Source of the DNA: a phage
Strand: one strand, 5' to 3'
Assembly (NCBI GenBank): GCA_019326865.1
Contig: GCA_019326865.1_4101.1
DNA: 64,000 nt
Part shown: piece by piece, positions 47,472 to 57,268 of the stretch
Layout: every line of letters begins with the position of its first letter
Position numbering within the stretch: position 1 is the first letter of the stretch
Program-made: the position numbers and the translations under genes
The notes under the pieces: generated by a model
Database searches by the model: none
Seen by the model: the letters and a program-made list of their open reading frames with translations, nothing else
Told to the model about the DNA's origin: nothing

Positions 47472-47707
47472 ATCACAAAATGTATTGTAAACTATTACAG
47501 AATCTAGGACAAAAACACTATGATACAGTATCTGAAATATTACCCTATGATATCATGCGTTTAATTCATAGTGAGGCAGAGATGCTTGTACTGATGACCG
47601 GTACTGATAAAACAGCAATCACCAGATCGATAGAGCAATATATTGATGCACACTGTCAATGTATTAGAACTGAGATATGGAGGCGAGTAAATGAAAGTAC
47701 TGAATGA
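47444..47707 (+). CDS. GTNYQ-family-like small protein (diverged motif MTGTDKTA)
   Basis: Position in array; weak motif. Confidence 0.45.
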   Translation: MEETMQQRLNHKMYCKLLQNLGQKHYDTVSEILPYDIMRLIHSEAEMLVLMTGTDKTAITRSIEQYIDAHCQCIRTEIWRRVNESTE

Positions 47708-47906
47708 GTATCAGTATCATTGGAGGTTACAAACTATAAGAGGGAAAGTTGTTAGTATTTCTTTAGACAAGTCTATTGCACAAGAGGACAAATGTGTTAT
47801 AATAGCTGAAATGAAGTTGGGTGTATTTGTAGGAACAAACTATCAAAACATCTACACTGACGTATTATTAAGTGCCTTACGCAACAAGGTGTTATCCAGA
47901 GAATGA
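47691..47906 (+). CDS. GTNYQ-family small protein
   Basis: Family motif. Confidence 0.65.
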   Translation: MKVLNEYQYHWRLQTIRGKVVSISLDKSIAQEDKCVIIAEMKLGVFVGTNYQNIYTDVLLSALRNKVLSRE

Positions 47907-48121
47907 GAAAATTAATAGGTTACGAATATGTTAAGCTTCTGAAAACCTGTAGTATTAGCAGGGTAAAGATTCAATCTGATAAGAGTATTCCTGTTGAACT
48001 AAAGTACGCAATGATGGCTGAACTTTATGTAGGTGCACTATTGGGGACAAACTATCAACAAATGTATGTAGACCTATGGGTTGACGCTCTACTGAAAGAG
48101 GTCCAAAGTAAATGCAAATGA
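47903..48121 (+). CDS. GTNYQ-family small protein
   Basis: Family motif. Confidence 0.65.
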   Translation: MRKLIGYEYVKLLKTCSISRVKIQSDKSIPVELKYAMMAELYVGALLGTNYQQMYVDLWVDALLKEVQSKCK

Positions 48122-48333
48122 TTCATTTATCTTACTATGAATATCAAAAACGTTTAAATGCATCAAGGGATATAAGGATTAAAATCTACAATAACAAAAG
48201 ATTGAAATCTGAAGCCAAAAAAATCAAAATGATAGAAGCTGAATTATGCAACTTCCTTGGGACGAACTATCAGGATGATAAGGTAACAAACTATCTTAGA
48301 GAACTAATGATTAGTATCAAGAGTAAATGTTAG
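48112..48333 (+). CDS. GTNYQ-family small protein
   Basis: Family motif. Confidence 0.65.
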   Translation: MQMIHLSYYEYQKRLNASRDIRIKIYNNKRLKSEAKKIKMIEAELCNFLGTNYQDDKVTNYLRELMISIKSKC

Positions 48334-48337
48334 GCAG

Positions 48338-48595
48338 ATGTACATGAAAATGATTAAATTATCTCAAGCAAAATATAAAGAACGCCTGGAAAAAATTACA
48401 CCTAGACTTAATGAAATCCATCACGGAGAAGTCATTAAACACGGAAATAAGATGATTATGAAACTTGAGTTAAAGGTGGGTGCATTCATAGGAACAAACT
48501 ATCAGGAGTATTATGTAGATGAATACATAATCGCACTTAAGAGATACATTGGAAGAAAACTATATCTACAAACTAAAGAATTGTATTGCAAATAA
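48338..48595 (+). CDS. GTNYQ-family small protein
   Basis: Family motif. Confidence 0.65.
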   Translation: MYMKMIKLSQAKYKERLEKITPRLNEIHHGEVIKHGNKMIMKLELKVGAFIGTNYQEYYVDEYIIALKRYIGRKLYLQTKELYCK

Positions 48596-48876
48596 ATGCA
48601 AGGATAATGAATATGAAAATGATCAATTTAAGTAAAGATGAATATACCGAGCGTATGACAAAAATTACGCACAAACGTAATACAATCTATCACAACCCAG
48701 AAATTCAACACAGTAAGAAAATGATTATGATGCGTGAGTTAAAGATGGGTGTATTCTTGGGAACAAACTATCAAGATACAGAAGTAAATCGCTTAATCGC
48801 GGAGTTACTACTGGAAATCAGAGGTAAGCTGTACTTTCATCAAATGACCCAACCACTGAGGTGTACTAAGAAATGA
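48586..48876 (+). CDS. GTNYQ-family small protein
   Basis: Family motif. Confidence 0.65.
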   Translation: MQINARIMNMKMINLSKDEYTERMTKITHKRNTIYHNPEIQHSKKMIMMRELKMGVFLGTNYQDTEVNRLIAELLLEIRGKLYFHQMTQPLRCTKK

Positions 48877-49088
48877 TCAACATCACATTGCAAGAAAGAT
48901 TCATCCGAATCAACTATGCAATTACCAAATTAGATGCTACTATAGGATTCCAAAGTCTACCGTTCCAAACAAGAATGATATTAGAGTGCGAAGCTAAATT
49001 GGGTGTACTGTTAGGAACGCAACACCAACAACGATATGTGGAAATCTGGATTGATCTTTTAACCCAAAATGTACATGAGAAAATGTAA
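48873..49088 (+). CDS. GTNYQ-family small protein
   Basis: Family motif (LGTQHQQRYV). Confidence 0.6.
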   Translation: MINITLQERFIRINYAITKLDATIGFQSLPFQTRMILECEAKLGVLLGTQHQQRYVEIWIDLLTQNVHEKM

Positions 49089-49325
49089 ATGAAAAATGAA
49101 ATGATATACTTAACGAATGAAGAGTTTCAAGAGAAGATGTTAAAAATCTATGATAATACTCTTGAGTACGTTCCAAATCAATCAATATATGAAGTGTCTG
49201 CGAATGTATTATTTCAGAAGCTACCATACGTTCTTGGAACGGATAAACAAGAATTTATGGTCAAAAATATGATTGAACATCTTATGATGAGTATTAAGGA
49301 AAAAGTGAATGCAAAAGAAAAATGA
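49089..49325 (+). CDS. GTNYQ-family small protein
   Basis: Family motif (LGTDKQEF). Confidence 0.6.
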   Translation: MKNEMIYLTNEEFQEKMLKIYDNTLEYVPNQSIYEVSANVLFQKLPYVLGTDKQEFMVKNMIEHLMMSIKEKVNAKEK

Positions 49326-49572
49326 AATGATATACTTAACACCTGCTGAGTTAACAGAAAGACTAGTTAAATCCAGAAGATATACAAATCAACTTCCTCA
49401 CAACCCAAATCAAACCCCAGCGGAAAGGAGTGCAGAAGTTTTATTCCAATCACTACCATACCTTCTTGGAACTAATAGACAAGAGTATCATATCGAACGT
49501 ATAATTAAATATCTTAAAATTACTATTAAGGAAAAAGTAAATGCTCAAGAATTTAAAAATCCTAACAGTTAA
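49309..49572 (+). CDS. GTNYQ-family small protein
   Basis: Family motif (LGTNRQEY). Confidence 0.6.
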   Translation: MQKKNEMIYLTPAELTERLVKSRRYTNQLPHNPNQTPAERSAEVLFQSLPYLLGTNRQEYHIERIIKYLKITIKEKVNAQEFKNPNS

Positions 49573-49783
49573 TGAATATCATAAGATTGTAATGAAAACT
49601 AATAGTGCAATTTCTAAAAAATCAAACCCAAAGTACATACTGGAACACACATTTGAAGAACGTCAATTAGCTTTAGTTGAAGCAAAACTTCTTGCACTCT
49701 TAGGAACAAACTATCAGGAAGAATACATCAGAAAACTAATATACCTTTTAACTAAACACATCAGGAAAAGAAAAAAAGCATGA
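49541..49783 (+). CDS. GTNYQ-family small protein
   Basis: Family motif. Confidence 0.65.
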   Translation: MLKNLKILTVNEYHKIVMKTNSAISKKSNPKYILEHTFEERQLALVEAKLLALLGTNYQEEYIRKLIYLLTKHIRKRKKA

Positions 49784-50010
49784 AGCACTTGACAGATGAT
49801 GAACATGGGCTTATAGTAATGGATGTAATCAACATCGAATACAAAAAGTTGATACGCTATCGTTGTTATGAAGATAAGCAACTAGTTCTAGCAGAACAGA
49901 AGTTGTTTCGACTCTTAAACACAAACTTCCAAGCACAATACGAAGAATCGTATATGTACCTTTTGGCGAGGAAAGCAAAAAGAGATTATGAAAATTTTAA
50001 GCAAAGGTGA
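49780..50010 (+). CDS. GTNYQ-family small protein
   Basis: Family motif (LNTNFQAQY). Confidence 0.6.
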   Translation: MKHLTDDEHGLIVMDVINIEYKKLIRYRCYEDKQLVLAEQKLFRLLNTNFQAQYEESYMYLLARKAKRDYENFKQR

Positions 50011-50209
50011 TTCAGTAATATTACTTATAGAGAGTTCAAATAAATTCTTAAACATAACACTGTCTGATATAGATGAAGATGATAAAGAAGTACTGAGAGC
50101 AGATTTAAGAGTACTGTTACATCTCGGAACAAACCTACAAGAAGAATATGTAGAGTACTACATTGATGAACTTAAAGAATCAGTACTGAGAAGATGCAAA
50201 TGCGAATGA
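49988..50209 (+). CDS. GTNYQ-family small protein
   Basis: Family motif. Confidence 0.6.
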   Translation: MKILSKGDSVILLIESSNKFLNITLSDIDEDDKEVLRADLRVLLHLGTNLQEEYVEYYIDELKESVLRRCKCE

Positions 50210-50421
50210 TTACCGACGAAGAATACCTAACAATTATAAATGGATTGTTTTTGAAGTTGTTTGTTATTAACACATCAGATATACCAGATATGGATAAAAT
50301 TATTAAGAGAAATGAAATCTATGTTCTAGCTACCCTGGGAACTAACTATCAAGAATGCAATATTAATGATTATATTAATACACTTAAAGGAGCGATTGAA
50401 CTAAAATGCCAAAACCACTAG
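50194..50421 (+). CDS. GTNYQ-family small protein
   Basis: Family motif. Confidence 0.65.
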   Translation: MQMRMITDEEYLTIINGLFLKLFVINTSDIPDMDKIIKRNEIYVLATLGTNYQECNINDYINTLKGAIELKCQNH

Positions 50422-50621
50422 GAACAGCAGAATACATTGAACTCATGGGATTACACTTCTCATCCTTTCAGAAACTTATGCGAGAATCAAAGAATGATTT
50501 AGAATATACCATCAGAGGTTCAGATTTAAGAATGCTTCTCACCCTAGACACAGATTCCCAAGAGAGATTTGTCAATGAGCATATTAGAGCACTTTTAATG
50601 GAAATTAAAAGTAAACTATGA
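50406..50621 (+). CDS. GTNYQ-family small protein
   Basis: Family motif (LDTDSQERF). Confidence 0.6.
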   Translation: MPKPLGTAEYIELMGLHFSSFQKLMRESKNDLEYTIRGSDLRMLLTLDTDSQERFVNEHIRALLMEIKSKL

Positions 50622-50833
50622 AGGTAATATCAAACCAAGAGTACTTGGCACTATTCAGGAAGAATAATCACAAATATATGGCACTTGATTCAAGAACTGA
50701 TATAGGGGAACTTGAAAAAAATCTTTTGCGTTCAGAGATGATAGTACTGACACTCTTAGGAACACAACATCAAGAGAGAACTGTTGATTCATATATTGAG
50801 ATTCTTAAGAAGCTTATACAGGAAAAACTATGA
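50618..50833 (+). CDS. GTNYQ-family small protein
   Basis: Family motif. Confidence 0.65.
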   Translation: MKVISNQEYLALFRKNNHKYMALDSRTDIGELEKNLLRSEMIVLTLLGTQHQERTVDSYIEILKKLIQEKL

Positions 50834-51060
50834 GAATCATAACACAAACAGACATATTTAAGTTAGCAAGGGAACATACATCTGAAATTGATGCTATAGT
50901 ATCAAAAAGTTACAATGACCCTTATACACAAGATGTGCACTACAATGAATTATGGGTGTATATACTTTTAGGTACAAATTATCAAGAGCAAGCAGTACAG
51001 AAGTATTTGGCAGCTTTAAGTACTGCTACTGCTAATAGTATAGGTATTAAAAAATGCTAG
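50830..51060 (+). CDS. GTNYQ-family small protein
   Basis: Family motif. Confidence 0.65.
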   Translation: MRIITQTDIFKLAREHTSEIDAIVSKSYNDPYTQDVHYNELWVYILLGTNYQEQAVQKYLAALSTATANSIGIKKC

Positions 51061-51290
51061 TACTGACAGAACTAGAAATGTATCATAGATTTAATAAGTA
51101 CTATCATTTACTTAAGCCTATACAGAGGATTAAATGTCCATTTGAAGAGAAACAGGTATTAATTTATGAGCATAAGTTATTTGTATCATTAGGTACGAAT
51201 GAACAAGAGTATTATTTGAAGTTGTACTTAATTACTTTAATTGAATTGATTAATCACAAAACACAGAAAGCTAAGAAATCTAAAAAATGA
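51054..51290 (+). CDS. GTNYQ-family small protein
   Basis: Family motif (LGTNEQEYY). Confidence 0.6.
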   Translation: MLVLTELEMYHRFNKYYHLLKPIQRIKCPFEEKQVLIYEHKLFVSLGTNEQEYYLKLYLITLIELINHKTQKAKKSKK

Positions 51291-51625
51291 AAACTAATAT
51301 TCAACTCAAGGTATACATATCTTATGAATCTATATACATCAAATGCAGTCTATGTAAAGATGTAATGGATTATAAAGGTAAGCCATTCACAATTACTTAC
51401 AGTCTAACAGGAGGCTTTTATATATCTTTTGTTGATTACGAAAATAAAATATACAAGCACATTGATATTAAAGATTTAAGTACCTTGTCAGATGAGGAAT
51501 ACTTTCAAGAATCATTAGTATGGGATTTAGAGTTTCCTATGACATTAGTACACAAAATGATAGTACTAATGAAAGAAACTAAACCTGAGCCGAGTGGTTA
51601 TGAAGAATTCATTATTGAGTATTAA
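51287..51625 (+). CDS. FQxSLV-family protein (EEYFQESLVWD) embedded in GTNYQ array
   Basis: Motif seen in translation. Confidence 0.6.
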   Translation: MKTNIQLKVYISYESIYIKCSLCKDVMDYKGKPFTITYSLTGGFYISFVDYENKIYKHIDIKDLSTLSDEEYFQESLVWDLEFPMTLVHKMIVLMKETKPEPSGYEEFIIEY

Positions 51626-51637
51626 GAGTACTGATAT

Positions 51638-51853
51638 ATGAAAAGATTATCATACAAAGATTACAGTAAACTTATCAGTACTTTACAACCAGAAATTAGA
51701 AGAATTAATTATCTTCCTATATCTAACGAAGAACGTGTAGTACTGAAAAATGAGTTAATATTAAAACGCACAGTAGGTACTAACTATCAAGATAATAGTG
51801 TTTGCGATTTAATTAGAGGGTTAATGATCACAATAAAGGCCAAGTGCTATTGA
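51638..51853 (+). CDS. GTNYQ-family small protein
   Basis: Family motif. Confidence 0.65.
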   Translation: MKRLSYKDYSKLISTLQPEIRRINYLPISNEERVVLKNELILKRTVGTNYQDNSVCDLIRGLMITIKAKCY

Positions 51854-51917
51854 CAGTACTTGACGGAGCTTTTCATTACTGATATAGTATACTAACGTTA
51901 ATCATAGGGTAGAAATT

Positions 51918-52163
51918 ATGTTAAAATTTTTAAATTTCCTTATCGTCTTGTGTATTGTTCTTGGGATTGCACCGTTTGTACTGGTGTATATGGATTCAGA
52001 TGAAATGCAAAAGATGAATTGCACAAAGACGGGACAGAGTAGAGAAGAGACGATTCTTATGCCTGTTACTGTTATTGTTAATAATATGCCCATTACAAAC
52101 ATGGTCCCTACCCTAACGACAACGTACCAGTACTCTTGTACAGACGGGGAGAGGTGGAGATGA
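51918..52163 (+). CDS. small protein with N-terminal hydrophobic segment
   Basis: ORF after TTGACA-like promoter. Confidence 0.45.
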   Translation: MLKFLNFLIVLCIVLGIAPFVLVYMDSDEMQKMNCTKTGQSREETILMPVTVIVNNMPITNMVPTLTTTYQYSCTDGERWR

Positions 52164-52480
52164 AATTTAATATAGCAAAAACATCGAATGTATGTATATT
52201 TGGTTATGCAGAAGAGTTAGGTGATATTGACATTCTTTTGTACAAAAAGGATGGTGTTATGCATTTCAAGTACCAGGATGAAGAGGCAGACAATTATCTT
52301 TTGCCTAATTTAGTACAAATGCAGGAAGAGGAATTATTCCAGTACAGCTTAGTATATGACATTGATATTTGCACGATGCCAGTACTAATTAATATTCAAA
52401 AAGTGATGCTCGATGTGTTTGATAGGCTAATACAAGGCACACAAGGAAGAACCATATATGTCAATGTACAAGACAATTAA
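52160..52480 (+). CDS. FQxSLV-family protein (EELFQYSLVYD)
   Basis: Start at MKFNIAK with SD ggag. Confidence 0.6.
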   Translation: MKFNIAKTSNVCIFGYAEELGDIDILLYKKDGVMHFKYQDEEADNYLLPNLVQMQEEELFQYSLVYDIDICTMPVLINIQKVMLDVFDRLIQGTQGRTIYVNVQDN

Positions 52481-52673
52481 TCAAGAATGGAAGAATCAAA
52501 AGTACAGAGAATTCAATAGGAATTTTACAAAAGACGAATTGAATATAAAAACAACAGAATTTGATATGTTTATTTTTCTCGGAACACGTTCTCAGGAGCA
52601 ATTTGTTCATTATTATATAAATTCGTTGCGAGCGGAGATAGTATGCAAAACAAAGGGTATTATAAAAAGGTAA
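52458..52673 (+). CDS. GTNYQ-family small protein (LGTRSQEQFV)
   Basis: Family motif, diverged. Confidence 0.55.
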   Translation: MSMYKTINQEWKNQKYREFNRNFTKDELNIKTTEFDMFIFLGTRSQEQFVHYYINSLRAEIVCKTKGIIKR

Positions 52674-52909
52674 ACCAACATTTGTACGCTACAAAGTACA
52701 GGGATTTTTGTTTAAAGGGTGGTGATGAAGATTTTTCTTTGCGATTATCAGAATTTAATCTGTTATTTTATCTTGGTACATCGGAACAAGAAGAAATGGC
52801 ACAGAAATTTCTCAATCACCTTGTACAAAAAATTAATATGCAAATTTTGATGCTTAAGTTACAGGATGAGATAAATGAATATGAACCCAACAATAGTACA
52901 GGATCTTAA
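52643..52909 (+). CDS. GTNYQ-family small protein (LGTSEQEEM)
   Basis: Family motif, diverged. Confidence 0.55.
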   Translation: MQNKGYYKKVNQHLYATKYRDFCLKGGDEDFSLRLSEFNLLFYLGTSEQEEMAQKFLNHLVQKINMQILMLKLQDEINEYEPNNSTGS

Positions 52910-53270
52910 ACAAGTAATATTCCTTTTGAATACAAGAAGTGAATTGTATACAGAGTTTAAAGAGATTAATGCATTTTATCAGAATTTTGTAATTCAAGAG
53001 TTCAGTGATTTAATTACAGATGCATTATTTGAATTATCGGAAAAATACAAAGGAACAGAGTTCAGTGTTAAAAATGTATTACGTTCTTTATCAACGCGTA
53101 TAATAAAATTAGATCATTTCAAATTTGAAAATAAAGATTTATTCAGTCACAATCCAAGTACAGCTTTATATTTTATTCCTGATTCAGACAAAAATCATCC
53201 TATTCATTACGGATGGATTTTGTCGTACATAGTACAAGGAAAGGAGTATCCTATTAAATGGAACGATTAG
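52875..53270 (+). CDS. hypothetical protein
   Basis: ORF in array, no family motif recognised. Confidence 0.5.
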   Translation: MNMNPTIVQDLKQVIFLLNTRSELYTEFKEINAFYQNFVIQEFSDLITDALFELSEKYKGTEFSVKNVLRSLSTRIIKLDHFKFENKDLFSHNPSTALYFIPDSDKNHPIHYGWILSYIVQGKEYPIKWND

Positions 53271-53418
53271 GGCGATTAGATTATTACACAATTAATACAA
53301 ATTATTTGTTGCGTAATATAAAATCCGATTACAAAATATGGATAAAGAACAGAGATAGCATGTGTTATGAATTTTATTTAGATTATGCTATCAAACGATT
53401 TTTAAGAGAAGAACATTA

Positions 53419-53622
53419 GTGCAAAATAGTAATACGATAACATTAAATGCATTACAGGATTCATTATTAGATAGTATTAAGATGTATTACAATATACATT
53501 TGAGGGGTGGCATTGATGATTATAATTATTATTTGAGTTTAATTGTAATTGAGCACCTTTCAGTACAGGACAGGATTTTACATCCTACAAATCCTAGGTA
53601 TCCATCGATAGGTAAATTATGA
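53419..53622 (+). CDS. hypothetical protein (GTG start)
   Basis: ORF from track. Confidence 0.35.
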   Translation: MQNSNTITLNALQDSLLDSIKMYYNIHLRGGIDDYNYYLSLIVIEHLSVQDRILHPTNPRYPSIGKL

Positions 53623-54176
53623 ATGAGATAGAGTTATTAGCACACAAGATAAGTACAATAATGCTTATCCTCAATAACAACCATCCTATATCGCAGATAG
53701 ATGGAATCCTGAGTCAGAGGACAGGTGGTAGTTTATATTTGTCCCTAAACGCAAATATCGCAAGGAAATACATTGACATTGGTGATGTTGATGCTGAAAT
53801 CGAATGTGATACAACTGGAATTGTTGATGTAGGTGCATTAATCAGTTCAAATCCTGTATCAGTATCCCCGTTGACCAAAGGTGTTAGTACAGGATTCGAA
53901 GGATATTTGTGGTATAATGCTAATGATAATTATTTTATATATCAGCATTCTAATACAAATTATGATGAAGATAAATTTGAGTTCATTGACCCTTATGATG
54001 AAGCTGGAGTATTTCAACAATCATTAATCACAAAACCACATCAAATGATGTATCTAATGTTATTCAGTACAATGAATTTGAATCCATTAATTAATGGTTT
54101 AAAGTTTTATATTCAATTGAATTTGGTTCATGTAGTTTATGATTTATTAATGCAAGGATATAGTTATGAAGTATAA
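53619..54176 (+). CDS. FQxSLV-family protein (AGVFQQSLITKP)
   Basis: Family motif. Confidence 0.6.
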   Translation: MNEIELLAHKISTIMLILNNNHPISQIDGILSQRTGGSLYLSLNANIARKYIDIGDVDAEIECDTTGIVDVGALISSNPVSVSPLTKGVSTGFEGYLWYNANDNYFIYQHSNTNYDEDKFEFIDPYDEAGVFQQSLITKPHQMMYLMLFSTMNLNPLINGLKFYIQLNLVHVVYDLLMQGYSYEV

Positions 54177-54468
54177 AATGATGTATACTCCAGATATGAT
54201 TTATGTTGAATTAGAAGACGATGACGACGGCTGGAATTTGATTTATTCAATTAGTTCAGGTTGGTACATGGCACATTTAAATGATAACAAAGTTACAGAT
54301 TATTTTGTAGATTTCAACACCTTATCCGATGAAGAATTGTTTCAACAACAATTAGTGATTGATACAGGTGGTTATGATGTGTTATTATTAAAAAAGATAC
54401 AGAAAGCTGTTATTGATTTTAAGCCCAATATGTTGCAAAGGAAATATTATGACATCGAAGTACAATAA
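54166..54468 (+). CDS. FQxSLV-family protein (EELFQQQLVID)
   Basis: Family motif. Confidence 0.6.
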   Translation: MKYKMMYTPDMIYVELEDDDDGWNLIYSISSGWYMAHLNDNKVTDYFVDFNTLSDEELFQQQLVIDTGGYDVLLLKKIQKAVIDFKPNMLQRKYYDIEVQ

Positions 54469-54802
54469 TGTATTTGATATTAAGAAATTAAAAGAATGGG
54501 TTTATAGTATTGAAATTGAAGCAATTCCTTATCATAGATACAAACAATATGATTTATGTAATATAGATATTCGTGAGTTGTACGCATATTATCAGAGTGC
54601 ATTAGAGATGCATAAGATATTTTTGAGTTCAAATTACATGACACGTTGTAATGATGCTTTTAAAGAATTTAATAATTATAATTTAGTACAAAAATATGTA
54701 GTATCAAAGTACATGTACAATCAAGGAATTAAAGGTTGTATTGAATTCAATTCGGTCTTTGCTTTAGTTGAGATAATTTTATGCAGTACATGTCTGATTT
54801 AG
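54449..54802 (+). CDS. hypothetical protein
   Basis: Start at MTSKYNNVF. Confidence 0.45.
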   Translation: MTSKYNNVFDIKKLKEWVYSIEIEAIPYHRYKQYDLCNIDIRELYAYYQSALEMHKIFLSSNYMTRCNDAFKEFNNYNLVQKYVVSKYMYNQGIKGCIEFNSVFALVEIILCSTCLI

Positions 54803-55278
54803 AGTTTAGTTTAGATGCTGCTTTTAAATTTGTACACAAGATAGAAACAATATATCGTACATTATGTGCAATACGATTAGTAACATCTGAACTTGATGTT
54901 GGTAAAAGGTATCAGGTATGGAATAACACATTTCTAGACAAAGAGCGTTGTTCAACTGGGTTTAATATTTTATCATTTAATCCAAGTAATTGTTACCCAG
55001 AGAAGCATGAGCGTTATCCGAATGATGACATGTGGTTTGAGTACAAAGAAGATGGTGATATGTCGTTCATTGAAGTTCCTGATGATTTTAATGCACAAGA
55101 TTTAACAGAAGAATGGTGGTTCCAGCAGAATTTAGTCCACGATGATATTGATTTATTTTTTTATGTAGTATTTAAAATGCTTTATCACAACAAGATAGTA
55201 CAAGATAGTGTATTTTTTTCATGTCTATATATTGATGATTTGTACAATGAAATTCAAATCAACATGCCTGTATCGTAA
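54781..55278 (+). CDS. FQxSLV-family protein (EEWWFQQNLVHD)
   Basis: Family motif. Confidence 0.6.
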   Translation: MQYMSDLEFSLDAAFKFVHKIETIYRTLCAIRLVTSELDVGKRYQVWNNTFLDKERCSTGFNILSFNPSNCYPEKHERYPNDDMWFEYKEDGDMSFIEVPDDFNAQDLTEEWWFQQNLVHDDIDLFFYVVFKMLYHNKIVQDSVFFSCLYIDDLYNEIQINMPVS

Positions 55279-55358
55279 GATATGGGCTTTTTTTGTTTTG
55301 GTATTGACATAGAAGTACAAAACTGTTATCATGGGTAATCATTTTAAAGGAGGAATTT

Positions 55359-55880
55359 ATGGCGAGTTTTATGGTTCCAAGTACATACGAAGATGCATCA
55401 AGTGCAGTGCATAAGGTTCATCATATTTTTAATTTAATTATTAATGCATCAAAAAATAAAATGTATGCACCTCTAGTGAAATTTAATAAAAATGAGGAAA
55501 TTTTTGTTAGTACAGAACAAACGATTTTTCCATATTTCAATAAAGATAGATTATGGTTCATGCATTCAGTTGCATTACAAAGATATAATATAACAAGATC
55601 CAACGAAAATCATAATCCAGGATATTTGCATATATCGTTATACCATCCCGATATTGGAGAGGATGTATATTTTCAGTACAGCACAGTACACTGCCATGAA
55701 GATATCTTTGCTGCTATGCTTATTGCTAAACTGAACACCGTTGATTTGGAGTACCACAAATACAATAATAAATCATTTAAGATCATAATCCCTGCATTCA
55801 TAGCTCTTTATGATTATGTGGTGCATAACAAAAAAGATGATACATATGCTTTCAATGAAGAGTATTTGGATTTTTTTTAA
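55359..55880 (+). CDS. FQxSLV-family protein (EDVYFQYSTVH)
   Basis: SD aaaggagg; family motif. Confidence 0.65.
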   Translation: MASFMVPSTYEDASSAVHKVHHIFNLIINASKNKMYAPLVKFNKNEEIFVSTEQTIFPYFNKDRLWFMHSVALQRYNITRSNENHNPGYLHISLYHPDIGEDVYFQYSTVHCHEDIFAAMLIAKLNTVDLEYHKYNNKSFKIIIPAFIALYDYVVHNKKDDTYAFNEEYLDFF

Positions 55881-55889
55881 GGAGAACAT

Positions 55890-56435
55890 ATGAGCAGTAC
55901 AACAGTACAGAAAGCAATGACATTCAATGAAATTGGTGCATTTAAAGATAAGATTATTGATAGTATTGAATATTTGATTTGTTGTAACATCAATAAGATA
56001 GATGTATATAACAAGGTAAATGGTTCATGTCACACAATGTACATGACAAACAACAATGGAACTATTCCATTTATTTCGGATAGTACAATATGGTACGCAT
56101 GTGATACAACAAAATACACAGCAGGTTCGTATGTGTTAGGGACACATAAGGAATTAATTATTCCTGAGCATTGTATACAAGAAGAAGAATATTTTCAAAT
56201 GCAGTTAGTACACGCACCATTAGAGATGGTTGCTTTATATATGATACCTTATATCTCTAAATGTGTTCATGAGAATAAAGCTCCATGGAATCATGAATTT
56301 GGTTCGTTGAAGTTATTGTATAATGTTTTAGCACAATATTATGATTACAGACACGAGGGTACAATCAGCGATGTATGGGATTTTGAATCACTAAGGGTGA
56401 AAACATACACAGGTGAATTATATGTCCAGAATTAA
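55890..56435 (+). CDS. FQxSLV-family protein (EEEYFQMQLVH)
   Basis: SD aaggag; family motif. Confidence 0.65.
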   Translation: MSSTTVQKAMTFNEIGAFKDKIIDSIEYLICCNINKIDVYNKVNGSCHTMYMTNNNGTIPFISDSTIWYACDTTKYTAGSYVLGTHKELIIPEHCIQEEEYFQMQLVHAPLEMVALYMIPYISKCVHENKAPWNHEFGSLKLLYNVLAQYYDYRHEGTISDVWDFESLRVKTYTGELYVQN

Positions 56436-57036
56436 AATGTGTGATTTGATGCAGTACAGTAAAATTGCAATTCCAGTACTTAATAAAGTTCTTGATGCAT
56501 TCATTGCAAAATACCCTGAGAATTCAGAATTACGTATTCCGTTTCGTGTACCAGACATAGATGATACATTCTATGTAAATGTCAGTACACGTGGTATTAC
56601 ATTGCAGCAGAAATACAGGGATACAGAATACTATGGAATAAAGTTGGATTCGGGGCAGGGTTCTAAATCATCCTATGATTTTTTTGTTCCTAATAATATA
56701 GAGTCATGGGAAACAAACATTTCAAAGAAAGATGAAAATGATGTTCCTATTAGTGGTGAATTAAGCAATAAAGTTTTTTATTATTACGAAACTGATAAAT
56801 TCCCTGAAGAGTTATATTACAATTCAGAAATGAGTGAAGATGTAGATGCATTCATGTTTCAATTATCTTTAGTACAGGATATAATTAATGTTCAAGAGTT
56901 AAGAGCAGAAATCAATTTAGCTAAAGAGTTGTCGGACATGTTGCCACCGTTTAGTATGATTTTTTGTGAAGGAGGTTATTTTACAAAAGAAGTGTTTGAA
57001 CATTTCGTAGATGTTGTAAAAGGGTTGGATATATAG
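56413..57036 (+). CDS. FQxSLV-family protein (DAFMFQLSLVQD)
   Basis: Family motif. Confidence 0.6.
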   Translation: MNYMSRIKMCDLMQYSKIAIPVLNKVLDAFIAKYPENSELRIPFRVPDIDDTFYVNVSTRGITLQQKYRDTEYYGIKLDSGQGSKSSYDFFVPNNIESWETNISKKDENDVPISGELSNKVFYYYETDKFPEELYYNSEMSEDVDAFMFQLSLVQDIINVQELRAEINLAKELSDMLPPFSMIFCEGGYFTKEVFEHFVDVVKGLDI

Positions 57037-57037
57037 T

Positions 57038-57268
57038 ATGCTTACTGATGATATTAAACAAAAATACCGTAAGTTTGATTGGTTCACCGACAGTTTCCAG
57101 CTTGAATTACTGCATTTGAATATAAGTGAGACATTATGTGCAGAAACACAAGATGAATTTGATGACAGAGTTCTTAACATAGTAATGCTTTCTTGCTTTA
57201 AACACTTTGGTTATTTTTCGAACAGGATTAAGGTACAAAATGCATCAACACAAGCATCATTCATATGA
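57038..57268 (+). CDS. hypothetical small protein
   Basis: ORF. Confidence 0.4.
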   Translation: MLTDDIKQKYRKFDWFTDSFQLELLHLNISETLCAETQDEFDDRVLNIVMLSCFKHFGYFSNRIKVQNASTQASFI

